From the IMG/VR virus record IMGVR_UViG_3300029959_000009, positions 6,699-70,698 of that record: 64,000 nt of DNA; one strand, given 5' to 3'. Positions 9,153 to 19,374 of the stretch are shown here, piece by piece. The notes under the pieces were generated by a model. It was not told the origin of the DNA. It worked only from the letters and a program-made list of their open reading frames with translations, and did no database searches. Source of the DNA: a virus (lineage: Duplodnaviria; Caudoviricetes). The position numbers and the translations under genes were made by a program. The first letter of the stretch is position 1. Every line of letters starts with the position of its first letter.

Positions 9153-9833
9153 GGGCCTAAGCCACCTCGTAACCCTCTTCTCTCAGGACATCATAGAAGT
9201 CTTTGGTAACGATTTCATCCAGCTTTACGCCGTGTGCGCTTACTAGCGCTTTGATACGCTCATCTCCGATCTCATCTATTAACGTTTGATATGTCCTGAG
9301 ATATAGTTCAGTTATTGCCATCTCAATCCTCCTTTCGGGCCTCTTCAGGCCTTGGAAATCCGTGGTCTCTCGGGTCCGCAAAAAAACACTGCGCATGTTC
9401 CCTTCTCACATATTCTCCTTCTGGGTGGCCGGGAGAATAATCCCTCCACCAATAGAGGGTAAAACGGCATCGGCCCAGCTTGTCACTCGTGCCGTTGTAT
9501 TCTATTCTGATTCCGTCCGTGTCCTTTGCGCCTCTGACCGTTTCCTCAATCCTCCTTTTCGTTGGTCAGTAGTAGTCAGTAATAGTATTTATAACTATCG
9601 TCCAAAAGTTATTTATTATCTAAGAAGATATTATATATCTGCGTTATATCCCCCTAAACCCAGCTCTCCGCAAAAGCTCTTTTGCTAACCAGGAGTCATT
9701 GTGGGGACTCCTTTTCGAAGTCGTCGCACTGATCTATCGCCTTCCCGTAAACGTCATCGCCATTATAATATGCGGCGATTTTGCCACAGCGAGAGAAGGC
9801 CACGCAATCTAAACAATCATGAAACTCGGCCAT

Positions 9834-10139
9834 TCATGTTTCTCCCCGTATCTTTCTCAAGTAGTCCAAAGAGGCCTCTAAGGCCTCGGCTATCTGAAGC
9901 TCGTTGTTCGTATTGTGTTTATTAGCTTCCTCTTTAAGATGGGTCTCCAGCATATCTAAGAGCCCTTCAAGCATATCTAATTCATACTGTAGGTCCAATA
10001 CCTGATGCTGGATTGGACGACCGCTCACCGTTCGCCTTACCCACTCAGCTACCGATTCCCCCGGCTTGCCGAAATTGTTCTTTAGCCGTTCATAGTCCGA
10101 TTCATAAATCCAGACCTGTTTCTTTTGTTCCTTTTCCAT
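9834..10139 (-). CDS. RHH/antitoxin-like DNA-binding protein with coiled-coil tail
   Basis: KQVWIYESDYERLKNNFGKPGESVAEWVRR pattern; AT-rich TATA region upstream. Confidence 0.55.
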   Translation of the reverse strand: MEKEQKKQVWIYESDYERLKNNFGKPGESVAEWVRRTVSGRPIQHQVLDLQYELDMLEGLLDMLETHLKEEANKHNTNNELQIAEALEASLDYLRKIRGET

Positions 10140-10569
10140 GTATAAAGTTTATAAACCTTATAAGATTTATAGTTATCGCCCTAAAATTATTTATTATCAA
10201 GTAGTTATTATATAGCTACAAATTATAGCTCTTTAGCAGCCCGCCCGAAAAAGTCCTTTTGCTAACCCCGCCGTTCCTAAGACTATAAGAATATACTCAG
10301 TTCTCCGCCTACCCCTATAGGTCTACGCGGCAGGTTGTACGATAGAATTTTTGGTCTGCTGATAGCGATTATTCGATAGCTGGCAATTGTCGATAGTTGA
10401 TTCTATAGTCTATGGAATACATCGTTAGCCAAAAGAGGGTTTTCCCGTGTTAACTCCTTTCGCGAATTGGTACGTATAACCTGCAAATATTAAGTTTCTA
10501 ATACATTCGATGAGCAGAGGCGTGATTTAATTCTAAGAAATTTCTCTGATCTGACATCCATGATAGTTG

Positions 10570-11118
10570 CTATGAATTGCCTGTAATATCCGATTTTTCG
10601 CCTATCTTAAGATAACAGTCTATAAACCTGGTGGGAGTGTACTTATTATTCTCCTCATCGTATTCAAATAAGCCCCTATTAAATAACATCTTTAATATTT
10701 CGTAAGCAGACCAATGAAGCTTAATATGTTCTTTCGATGACAATATGACTAAATTATCGGGTTCGTTATTGGTTTTATCGAAGTCTATATGATGCACAGC
10801 CTCTTCTCTGGTCGGGCAGCGGCCATATTTTTCTTCGGCTACTGTGATGTGCAGGGGAACTCTGCCCATCTTATCTGCCCTTTGGTGTCCGGGCCTATAG
10901 ACTCTGACATACCCCGCTTGATCTATGATATTATCTCCTTTCCAGCCAATGCCGTGTTTCCCATCAGCCATCCTCTTTGCCCAAACCTCTTTTTGCCTCT
11001 GTGCTTTGTCTTTCTGTTGCTGTTCGAGATATGCCTTCTCATATGCTTCTTTTTGCGCTTTAATGATTTTCTCCCTTTCTGGCTCCCAGGTCCTCCGAGT
11101 CCACCAGCCAAATCTCAT
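10570..11118 (-). CDS. HNH endonuclease (HNH_3-like)
   Basis: GYVRV...HITVAE...VHHIDFDKTNNEPDNL...EHIKLH. Confidence 0.85.
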   Translation of the reverse strand: MRFGWWTRRTWEPEREKIIKAQKEAYEKAYLEQQQKDKAQRQKEVWAKRMADGKHGIGWKGDNIIDQAGYVRVYRPGHQRADKMGRVPLHITVAEEKYGRCPTREEAVHHIDFDKTNNEPDNLVILSSKEHIKLHWSAYEILKMLFNRGLFEYDEENNKYTPTRFIDCYLKIGEKSDITGNS

Positions 11119-11400
11119 GAAGTTCTGGGTGTACCTCGAACGCTATAGGCGACCCGTCTTCTCCTGTGAATTGTATATCGGCGTCCGGGTCTGTGTATGC
11201 TTTCCCATGTCTGCATGAGGATTGGAACGGCGTGATTCGCTTTCGTTTGTCCTGGATATACACATCCTTCACTGGCTCAATGTCTCCGGTGCCCCTCCCG
11301 GGGCGTGGCTCGTTGCCTACGATTATATTCGGGTTGCACCCAACCAGCCTATCGCCTTCGCCGCCCTTTGCGAATGTTGCCTCCTTACCGCCCCGCATAA

Positions 11401-12271
11401 TCAACTTTGACTCTTCGCACTCTCTGCAATCCTTTCCATCACATTGTTTATCGTGCATTGATACCTTCTCCTTTCCTTTACCTGATATCCAAATATCGCA
11501 TTCTCCGGGTGCTGCTCTATCCAATCGAGGCTCACCTCGACCACCTGGAACCGCACCGCCTTCACCCACTCTTCCTCATCCCATGGCCGCTCGAAAATCC
11601 TCTCCCACACGACTTTGAACTCTTCCAGGGAGTTGTAGCCCTCGTTCCAGGCGCTTGCCGCCGTCATGTCGCCCAGCTGCTCCTCCCACCTGTCGAGGAT
11701 CTCCAGTTTGGCGAAGTATTCGGGCTTCAGCATGAGGGGCTTGGCCTGCTGGACGCTCCAGCGCTTGACGCGCCAGGTGCGCCACTGCCGCCTGGTTTCG
11801 ACCTTGCGACCGCATAAGATTTTAGGAATGTGTTCGACTGTGAACTCCTCCCACGCCCTAAAGGGCGGGGCTTCCCACTGGTACTTCCTGGTAGGGGATC
11901 ATAGCCCTCTGGCTCCTCGCCCGTTTTGTGGGAATTTTCGGTTTCCGCTTCATCGGGGTCAACTTGAGCCCTTCTTGCAAAGGGGTACAGAGGTTGTCCG
12001 CTCGACGGACAGACTTTCGGGGTGTTCCCTCCCTACTATTGGACCTACAAGAGGTCATAAGATCTCCCTTCAGGGAGAAATGATCGATCACCCAAGTAGC
12101 GCTTTCAGCCTGCATGAGATCATATCTTGGAATGGAATAGGTCGTTATGAGATATATGGCTAATGTACAGAGCGAAAGTAATCAAGGGGAGGACTCCACT
12201 CTCATCCCCGGCCTGAAGTCCGGGGACTTCCCGTTCCGTCCTCTCCGCTCCTGCGAGTTAAACAATAGCAT
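11401..12271 (-). pseudogene. ASCH-domain gene split by a non-autonomous IS605 derivative
   Basis: Joining 12271-12258 to 11839-11401 gives MLLFKVEHIPKILCGRKVETRR...AWNEGYNSLEEFKVVW, a typical ASCH GxKxxTxR motif, in frame. Confidence 0.8.
11840..12257 (-). mobile_element. Non-autonomous IS200/IS605 derivative (418 bp)
   Basis: The first ~70 bp nearly match the left end of the 27148 and 37268 elements. Right end gggaagccccgccctttagggcgtgggaggagTTCAC. Inserted 3' of TTAA; no tnpA or tnpB. Confidence 0.85.
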
Positions 12272-12764
12272 TCCGTATGCACTCCTTGACATGATCCGGG
12301 TATTGGGAGACGTGCCAATAACCAAAAATCAAACACTTCCAACCCAATTCTCGATACATTCTCAGTTTTTTGGCGGCACGCCCGCGCCCGTTCTCGTCAA
12401 AGAACTCTGCCTCGAACTCGATTACTATCTTTTTGCCCGGAAGAGCATAATCCGCCAGACCGGCCCCCTCGATCTTATATTGCCATATAAATCCCAACTC
12501 TTCGAGCCATGGTTTTAAGATGACCTCGCAGCGGGATTGTTTCCGGCCTCTGTGTAGCTTGGTTATTACGCCTGCTTTTGTCATGATTTCGCCATGTTTT
12601 TTTCTCAATTCAGGCGTCCAATTCGTTGGGTGTGGGATGTTTCCGGGTTTAAAGCGCGTCTTCGCCGCGCGCTCCTCCCACCCAGGCGTCGCTCGAATTT
12701 CTAACATTCGCTTGCGTAGTCTCGCTTTGTGCTCTGGAGATCGCTCATAGACACCGCTGGGCAT
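12258..12764 (-). CDS. Free-standing DUF559/Vsr-like (PD-(D/E)XK) endonuclease with NUMOD3-like N-terminus
   Basis: RSPEHKARLRKR...SRCEVILKPWL...ADYALPGKKIVIEFEAEF...GWKCL. Confidence 0.7.
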   Translation of the reverse strand: MPSGVYERSPEHKARLRKRMLEIRATPGWEERAAKTRFKPGNIPHPTNWTPELRKKHGEIMTKAGVITKLHRGRKQSRCEVILKPWLEELGFIWQYKIEGAGLADYALPGKKIVIEFEAEFFDENGRGRAAKKLRMYRELGWKCLIFGYWHVSQYPDHVKECIRNAIV

Positions 12765-12922
12765 GATTTCACGCCCTTATTTTATAGTTGAGTCTATTAA
12801 TGCCCATCAGCGCCACCGCCTTCTCGTCCTCTGCACCGCAGCCGCCTTTTCCATGGCCACGCCCAGCAGGACGCCCGCGCCGAAGATGACGAAGGCCAGC
12901 AATAAGGAGGGGGTTGGAGGCA

Positions 12923-13186
12923 CTATTTGACCTCCTTGACATCCATTTCCCAATCCGGCTCTCGGATCACTTCGGCGTTAGAGTCTGGCTGGTCGGCCCA
13001 ACCATCCATATGAGATAGCTGTATCCGGTTGGCGATGAGATTATGGGCTATGTGCTCGGCGATCTGTTCGGGTGTGTGTAGATCATAGAGCTGCGACCGC
13101 CAAGTATCATCCACTGCCTCAATCACCGCATCATCCAGCTCTATTACGGCGCTGCCTCTGAACTCGACTAGGAATTTACGTTTCAT
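12923..13186 (-). CDS. Hypothetical protein
   Basis: Likely start MKRKFLVEFRG; operon-packed. Confidence 0.5.
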   Translation of the reverse strand: MKRKFLVEFRGSAVIELDDAVIEAVDDTWRSQLYDLHTPEQIAEHIAHNLIANRIQLSHMDGWADQPDSNAEVIREPDWEMDVKEVK

Positions 13187-13440
13187 CCCATCACCCGCTC
13201 GATCGTTACCTTCGCCGCCGACGCCGCCCCGCATTCGCCGTCCACGGATATGACGACCTTGCCATTTACGGGCCAGCCGAGCATTTTGCGGAATTTTTCC
13301 GAGAGTACAATGGATACCTCCTGTTTTGGAGGCCACCCCACGAACACCACAGTGAGATTTAAGGGCGTCATCCGGGCGTTCCAGCCGCCGTCCATCTTGC
13401 CCAGAATGTACGCTCTGTAATCAGCCGGTTCTCCGCTCAT
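13183..13440 (-). CDS. Hypothetical protein
   Basis: Likely start MSGEPADY; ATGA overlaps on both sides. Confidence 0.5.
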   Translation of the reverse strand: MSGEPADYRAYILGKMDGGWNARMTPLNLTVVFVGWPPKQEVSIVLSEKFRKMLGWPVNGKVVISVDGECGAASAAKVTIERVMG

Positions 13441-13793
13441 CTCGCCATCCTCCTCGCTCTTTCGATCCGGGCCTGCTGCACCTCTCGGTTCTCCCTGGCG
13501 GCCTCTTCGACCTCCTCCAGAATCTTCTCCAGGGAGACGGCCAGCTTGTAGATGTTGACGGGCCGGTCGAGAGCGCCCATCCCGCGCTCTGTGGTTATCC
13601 AGCCCTTCTTCTCGGCCATTCGGGCGGCCCGGCTGATGTCGGGCTGCCGCAGGTTCGCGCCGCGCTGGATTGCGAGGACGTCGGCCTGCTTGTTCTTGGC
13701 GAGGTGGGTGATGAACTTCGCCAGGATGCGCTTCATGCCTGCCCGGACGAGGAGGGCGATGATGACGTCGGGGGAGGGGGCTGCGGGCTTCAT
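13437..13793 (-). CDS. Methanogen-type wHTH transcription regulator (COG4738-like)
   Basis: LRQPDISRAARMAEKKGWI...RPVNIYKLAVSLEKILEEVE. Confidence 0.7.
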   Translation of the reverse strand: MKPAAPSPDVIIALLVRAGMKRILAKFITHLAKNKQADVLAIQRGANLRQPDISRAARMAEKKGWITTERGMGALDRPVNIYKLAVSLEKILEEVEEAARENREVQQARIERARRMAR

Positions 13794-14167
13794 TGGGCAA
13801 CCTCCGGGTTGTCTAAAGCATCCTCTACTGCTCTCGCTGCTTTTAGCAGCCTTTCCAGACAAAGGATATCATCGCTCATGGTCTCCGGTCCGGCTACCGC
13901 CCTCAGAAGCCCGATGGCTGATTTCAGATGATAGCTATCCCCGTTCTGAAATACCGCCACGGGCTCATGATATCGATAATATCTCAGATAATGCTCTATC
14001 TCCCGAGTATCCACGCGATCCATGACGGTCTTAGGACATATCCGGAGAATCATATCTCGTCTATCGCGTAACATGTTGTTGATATCTTTCTGGAGCGCGA
14101 CGTTCGCAGCTTCCAGTTCCGCTATCCTCACCTTGTGCGTCTCGCACTCGCGGAGATCTGCGCCCAT
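13790..14167 (-). CDS. Hypothetical coiled-coil protein
   Basis: Operon packing. Confidence 0.55.
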   Translation of the reverse strand: MGADLRECETHKVRIAELEAANVALQKDINNMLRDRRDMILRICPKTVMDRVDTREIEHYLRYYRYHEPVAVFQNGDSYHLKSAIGLLRAVAGPETMSDDILCLERLLKAARAVEDALDNPEVAQ

Positions 14168-15367
14168 CTAAACCGCCTCCTCTTCGTCTTTAACTCCAAG
14201 CTCCTGCTTGATCTTCGCCAGCCTGCGCTCGATGTCGAAGCCGGTGTACTCCAGGCCCATCGACCTTTTCAGCTCGACGGCGATCTCTTCGGGCGTGAAC
14301 TCGACTAGATGGAGATCCCAGATCTTGCCGTCCACGGCGGCCCGGCTGCACCCATCGGGCGCGCCCCGTGACATAGAGACTGATGGGGGCCAAGATTCCT
14401 TTCCTTCGGGGAGGGGCTTTGATGGCGCCGCGGGCTGTGGCCGCGCCTTGGGTGCGGGGATATCCGGGGCGGGCGCTTCCTCTTTGGCGTGCGGCCGTCT
14501 GGCCAGTATGGAACGTACTTTCGTCCACGGGCACTCGATCCACTCATCGGCCCACAGGGCTTTGCTGATGTCCTTGACGGCCATTCCCCGGTCGGCCAGC
14601 GCGTACACGCGGCCCTTTAGCTCTTCATCGTCTATCTGCTTCGGCTTCTGCTCGCTGGACTCGGGGGTCTGGACTGTGCTTTCTGCCGTCTGCTCTGTGG
14701 CCTCTGCCCTCCGCTCTGCGACGCGGGATATGGTCGCCTGCACCTCGCCGTCGTTTGAGATCTCCCCTGACGCAGATATCACGAGATCCAACCGGCCATA
14801 ATCATGCGGCTTTGCCGATAGATCGAAACAGATGTTTCGCATTGGGTCTTCTGCTATCTGCTCTACAGGCTCCGCGGTCTGGACGGCGGGCTCTGGGGCC
14901 TGTAGAGCGGCTTCTGCCTTCTGCTCTATGGGCTCTGGATTCTGGCTTATGCCCTCTGGCTTGCAGACTTCAACATGTTCCTCTACAGGCGGTTCCTTTG
15001 GGGCAGCCTCTAATATCCAGGCGCGCCCTTCCGGGGAGGTTGCCGGGGTTCTCCGGGCTTCGTTCTTCTTCGCTGTGTTGTAGCGGCTCTTTACGCCGTC
15101 CGGGGTGATGCCATCGTACCCCTGCTCTTTGAGAGCATTGGTAATGGCCTTCCATCGGATGCCCTCATCACCCAGCTTCAGGACGATGGCGTTTATGCGG
15201 TCGTTCTCCTCCTGGTCGCGCTGTTTCTTCGTCTTTGCAGGCTCGGCCATGGTGACGAGCTTATCGATTGTCTTTTCGATCTCTGGGAGCTTGTTAGCCC
15301 TTACGAGATCGGCAGGGATTTTGTCGTCTGGAAATAATATACTGAAAATACGGGATTGCTTGTTCAT
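14168..15367 (-). CDS. Hypothetical protein with several HTH-like modules and E/Q/P-rich linkers
   Basis: 399 aa; WKAITNAL, VKDISKAL and PEEIAVEL helical modules separated by EQ(K/T)AE repeats. Confidence 0.6.
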   Translation of the reverse strand: MNKQSRIFSILFPDDKIPADLVRANKLPEIEKTIDKLVTMAEPAKTKKQRDQEENDRINAIVLKLGDEGIRWKAITNALKEQGYDGITPDGVKSRYNTAKKNEARRTPATSPEGRAWILEAAPKEPPVEEHVEVCKPEGISQNPEPIEQKAEAALQAPEPAVQTAEPVEQIAEDPMRNICFDLSAKPHDYGRLDLVISASGEISNDGEVQATISRVAERRAEATEQTAESTVQTPESSEQKPKQIDDEELKGRVYALADRGMAVKDISKALWADEWIECPWTKVRSILARRPHAKEEAPAPDIPAPKARPQPAAPSKPLPEGKESWPPSVSMSRGAPDGCSRAAVDGKIWDLHLVEFTPEEIAVELKRSMGLEYTGFDIERRLAKIKQELGVKDEEEAV

Positions 15368-15978
15368 TTCAGGGCCTCCTCCGAGACCGGCGTTGGTCGA
15401 ATGATTCGAAGAGTCTCGACTGCCTCATTGGCGGCGTACAGTTCTTGGTGTAGTTCCGTAATTTTGGCCCCCAGTTCTATAACCCTGGCCTCTGCCCTCG
15501 TCGCCCGGATCTTCCACGAGCCTGCGATATGACGCAGTTCGTCGATAACGTCCTGGGTTAGAGCTGTGCCCTCAGACTCCGTTTCCTCGGGGATTGTCTC
15601 CGCTTCAAGATGGACTTTTATCAGAAATTTCAGATTGCGTATCTCTTTTTCGCGTGCGACGATTATAGAATCCTTCGCAGCGATCTCATCTATCAACTCC
15701 CGGATTTGTGGGCAGAGCGTGGCTCCTGCCCCATGTGCATCTGCGATCATGCCCGAACCTCCGTCTGCCCGTAATCGAGAGCTCGTGTCGGCGTACTCCC
15801 GGAGCTCTGCGATCCTTACGTCCCTGGCATCAAGATCGTTTACCAAGCTCTGAACCTGTGGAGGCAGGACGACCTCGGGCGTCCTTGTATCGACAGCGGC
15901 CGGCTGCAGCTCCCGGACCTTTCGGGGCAGATCGCAGCGCAGCTCGGCGTTGTGCGGGCAGATATCAGATATGTCCAT
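15364..15978 (-). CDS. Hypothetical coiled-coil protein
   Basis: Operon packing; heptad-like segments. Confidence 0.6.
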   Translation of the reverse strand: MDISDICPHNAELRCDLPRKVRELQPAAVDTRTPEVVLPPQVQSLVNDLDARDVRIAELREYADTSSRLRADGGSGMIADAHGAGATLCPQIRELIDEIAAKDSIIVAREKEIRNLKFLIKVHLEAETIPEETESEGTALTQDVIDELRHIAGSWKIRATRAEARVIELGAKITELHQELYAANEAVETLRIIRPTPVSEEALK

Positions 15979-16221
15979 CTGCCTCAGCCCCAGACGAGAT
16001 TAACTGCCCACAGACAGAGAGAGAGAGCACTACAGCGTATTCTAAGAAGAGCGGTACATTTTCCAGACGTAAGATACGTTTACCTTTCATTTGGCTCACC
16101 TATTTCCTCTGCAGCTCGCCCCTCTCCCAAGGGTACGCGCGGGCGGCAGAAATGCTTTATTTATTATACACCTTGAAGGATGCCATACTATATAAGTGTT
16201 ACCGCTTTCACAGATAGCGAT

Positions 16222-16497
16222 TTAGGGCAACCTTCGAGGGATGTGGACACTGGACAGACGGGCCTCTAGCTTCTGGCTCCAGACATTCCCGCAGGCCTGG
16301 CATTTCCACCCGCCTTTCAGAGACTTGATCCAGCTGTCGGGATTCTCATGGCCCAGGAACATGCCTTTGCCGCCACAGGAGCACCGGGACTCGCGGGTAT
16401 CCAGATTGATCTCCTGGGGGGGATGCTCCAGCTGCTCCTCGGGGTCGGCTTCGTCGTAAGACATATTTTGGCTCACCTTCTTGCTGGCCCGCCCCAA
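16222..16497 (-). CDS. Zn-ribbon protein
   Basis: CSCGG...WKCQACGNVW. Confidence 0.55.
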   Translation of the reverse strand: MGRASKKVSQNMSYDEADPEEQLEHPPQEINLDTRESRCSCGGKGMFLGHENPDSWIKSLKGGWKCQACGNVWSQKLEARLSSVHIPRRLP

Positions 16498-16506
16498 CGG
16501 GATTGC

Positions 16507-16755
16507 TCACCAGACCACACCAGAGATTTGTTTTCTCCAACGTGCCGGGATTTGTTCATTGAGGATCTTGTTGATCTCTATAGGCGATAGCTTGCGATTG
16601 CATGTCGCCACGATTGGCGCGGATAATGAATCCCTCGGGCGCACTTCGGGCTCAAAGGATATTACGGGTGTAGTCAGATAGTCGATCTGGGCCAGCGCGA
16701 GTTCCATGTCGCACGGGACGTTTTCGGTCTTTGTGTTTGTCTTGGTGGATTTCAT
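16507..16755 (-). CDS. Hypothetical protein
   Basis: AGGAG RBS upstream. Confidence 0.5.
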   Translation of the reverse strand: MKSTKTNTKTENVPCDMELALAQIDYLTTPVISFEPEVRPRDSLSAPIVATCNRKLSPIEINKILNEQIPARWRKQISGVVW

Positions 16756-16770
16756 AATTTTAACTCCTAA

Positions 16771-16970
16771 ATCGTTTAATTAAACGTTTAATAGTCGGTC
16801 TGAATCTTTCCTGCTAATGATTGATTTCTTTATATACTACTCTCTGAATCTTCTTCTCTTCTCAAAACTAACTCTATACATTTCTAACATACTTTCCCCG
16901 TCACAAGTATTACGCTAGAGCGTTATACCATGACGGCCGAGAGATCCAATTAAACGTTTAATTAAACGAT
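16771..16970. repeat. Perfect 22-bp inverted repeat built from overlapping palindromes
   Basis: atcgtttaattaaacgtttaat (16771-16792) is the exact reverse complement of attaaacgtttaattaaacgat (16949-16970). Confidence 0.85.
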
Positions 16971-16971
16971 C

Positions 16972-17451
16972 TCACCTCTTGGAATACCTCTTAAGTTCGA
17001 TAATCTTCATGTTCGCCCTTCTCGGATGCCAGGCGACATTAAATCGAGAATCTGAGGCTATAAGGGTTCTGAGTTGGCATATCCTGGACTTTCCGACGCC
17101 AAGGATGTTTCCAGCTTCCGCATAGGTCACCCCCATTTGGCCCGCTCTGTTGCGTCTATCAAGTTCTATCGCGAGCTTATTCAATTGCCTTGTAGTTTCT
17201 TCGGTGCTTTCGTGTGTCTTTTCGAGCTGTGATATGCGTTTATGGGCTTCTGCAAGCTGGCGCCCGCTCCAATCAAGGTCCTCGTCGCGTTGTTTCTCTA
17301 AAAGAGCGATTCTTTCGTTGAAGTCGGCCTCAAGCTCAGCAATCTTGGCTTGCTGTTGCTTGATTTGACACTGTGCCTGTCGCAGCTCGGCCTCTAGCAC
17401 GCTCTGCGATGAAAAACTATTTAAGCTATCCGCTGAATATGATTGATCCAT
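16972..17451 (-). CDS. Coiled-coil protein with C-terminal HTH
   Basis: Long heptad region followed by VTYAEAGNILGVGKSRICQL. Confidence 0.6.
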   Translation of the reverse strand: MDQSYSADSLNSFSSQSVLEAELRQAQCQIKQQQAKIAELEADFNERIALLEKQRDEDLDWSGRQLAEAHKRISQLEKTHESTEETTRQLNKLAIELDRRNRAGQMGVTYAEAGNILGVGKSRICQLRTLIASDSRFNVAWHPRRANMKIIELKRYSKR

Positions 17452-17923
17452 AAGGATGCTCTCCTTAGCGTTTTCGTCTGGCTGTTCCCGCAGCCAGCAA
17501 TCTTAATTTTCTTTGCAGAAGCTATTATCGAAATTGGTATATTAGAATGTTGCTTATAGCCGCCTAAGGCTAACTCAGCAATCCCTCTAAAAGTAACGCT
17601 TCTATGTACTACCGATACGAAAGTTTTATATGCGATTGGTATAACTAACATATTGTAGCGTCCTTGATGCTATCGTTTTGGCTCACCACTCTGCTTTGCA
17701 GAGGCTGAAACGGCTTCCCGGTGTCGCTCCTACGACATCGGGTTCTTCTATTCACGATTTACCACTCAAAGCATCTCCCTAATCCCCTCTTTGATCCTCC
17801 CGCCGAATTATCTCACCGTCGCCCCTCTTTTATAGTTTCTGCGAGGGAGCGGGGCGAAAGTATTTTTGAGATACCTATTTTAGTACCTTTATCCCTTACT
17901 ATGGTTAGGGGGGATTTACAGCC

Positions 17924-18205
17924 TTAAAAGGCTTCCGATCGAATGAGTCCGAAGACCTCATCAAGCAGCTCAACCGCCCGCTGTCCCTTTTTTGTGAGGA
18001 AGTATCTCGACCCCGTTGCCGGATGCGTTTCTGACGTGATCAGGCCCTTATCCACCATATAGTTGATGTAAGTATCTATGACGGTCCACCGAATGCGGTT
18101 TTCGGTAACCGCTATATTTCGAGTACAGCCGCCGTGCTCACATGACTTCAGAATGCCATAGATGACCTCTGTCATGCCCCGGTATCGCGAGGGTTCTATC
18201 GGCAT
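17924..18205 (-). CDS. Archaeal winged-helix regulator (COG3432/HTH_45-like)
   Basis: RYRGMTEVIYGIL...YINYMVDKGLI...YFLTKKG. Confidence 0.75.
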   Translation of the reverse strand: MPIEPSRYRGMTEVIYGILKSCEHGGCTRNIAVTENRIRWTVIDTYINYMVDKGLITSETHPATGSRYFLTKKGQRAVELLDEVFGLIRSEAF

Positions 18206-18454
18206 GGCTCACCTTTTCGACTCACTTTTGCCCCTTCTTTATTTATACTATCTATTATTCTATTAATTCTCTTCGAGGATATATCTGTGAACCCTTCTTA
18301 AATATTTGTTGCCGTCCTGGATAATATAAGATCATTGGTTATATTTATGGCGTTCGTCTTGACCATCTCGCCGCGTCTGTTCGGTAGTATTCGTTCGGTC
18401 CTATTATAATGGTTAAAGGGGTAAAATGTAAAAAAAGACAGACAGCGCGCGCGG

Positions 18455-18820
18455 TCAGCGCCCGTCCTGCTGCCCCACCATCGCCCTTCGCGCCTCAGCC
18501 GCCGCGTTCCGCACCTTCGAGTGCAGCGCGTCCTCCTGCGGCACACGGTTGGCCATCTCCTTCGGCTCGCTGGAGAAGGCCGCCGCCAGCGCGCCCCGGA
18601 CGATCTTCTTTATCCTCAGGACTGCCAGGGCATCAAGATCTCTCTGGGCCTGCCTGATGGTAGCATCGTAGAACTCCCCTTCCAGGGGAGTAGCGGCCAT
18701 CTCCACCTCGGCGACGGCTCGGGAGATACTGCGACGTGCCTGATCGTAAAAGTCGGCGGGGAGGGGCTGGAGGTCTGCAGCACCCCTCTCGGCAAGAACG
18801 GCCTGGTGGAGTTCATCCAC
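18455..18820 (-). CDS. GINS15-like A-domain protein
   Basis: ELHQAVLAER..DLQPLPADFYDQAR...LRIKKIVRGA resembles the archaeal GINS alpha-helical domain. Confidence 0.65.
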   Translation of the reverse strand: MDELHQAVLAERGAADLQPLPADFYDQARRSISRAVAEVEMAATPLEGEFYDATIRQAQRDLDALAVLRIKKIVRGALAAAFSSEPKEMANRVPQEDALHSKVRNAAAEARRAMVGQQDGR

Positions 18821-18990
18821 GCGCAGGCCCCTTCAGCGACGAGACCGAATAGACATACGCCGCCCTCGGGCCGTTCCTCTTCTGGCAGATCTTCTTTGCG
18901 TGCTTCTTTCCGTAGAAGCGCTTGCCGTGGATTACCTGGCCCGTGGCCTTGTTGAATATCCTCAGCCGCACGAGCTCTTCGAGGGGCATA

Positions 18991-19374
18991 CTAGCACCCC
19001 TCTCGCTCGCTTTTCAGCACATCCAGCGCCTTCGAGAGTTGCGCGGGCGTGGTCGTTACCTCCTCACCGTCGTGCTTGATTGTGATGGTGGTATCCTTAT
19101 CTCGGCTGAACTGGTCGAGCGTCGCGTTCACAGGCTCCAGCAGGGCCGTTGATACCTCGATGCTGCCCGCCTCTCTGGCTGCCCTGCCTTCTTTTAGGGC
19201 GTCCTTAATTGCGACCAGCTGCCGCTCGACGATGTGGTACTTCTTGGACTTCTCGGCCAGGCTGTCGGAGTGCTCGGGAAGGTTCTTGAAGAGGATGGAG
19301 ACGGCCTCCGACATCCTCTCTACGACTGTGCCTAGTGCAGCCTCGGGGGTGAACCCATCGTTTACGAGGGTCAC
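18991..19374 (-). CDS. Hypothetical protein
   Basis: Operon packing. Confidence 0.55.
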   Translation of the reverse strand: MTLVNDGFTPEAALGTVVERMSEAVSILFKNLPEHSDSLAEKSKKYHIVERQLVAIKDALKEGRAAREAGSIEVSTALLEPVNATLDQFSRDKDTTITIKHDGEEVTTTPAQLSKALDVLKSEREGC

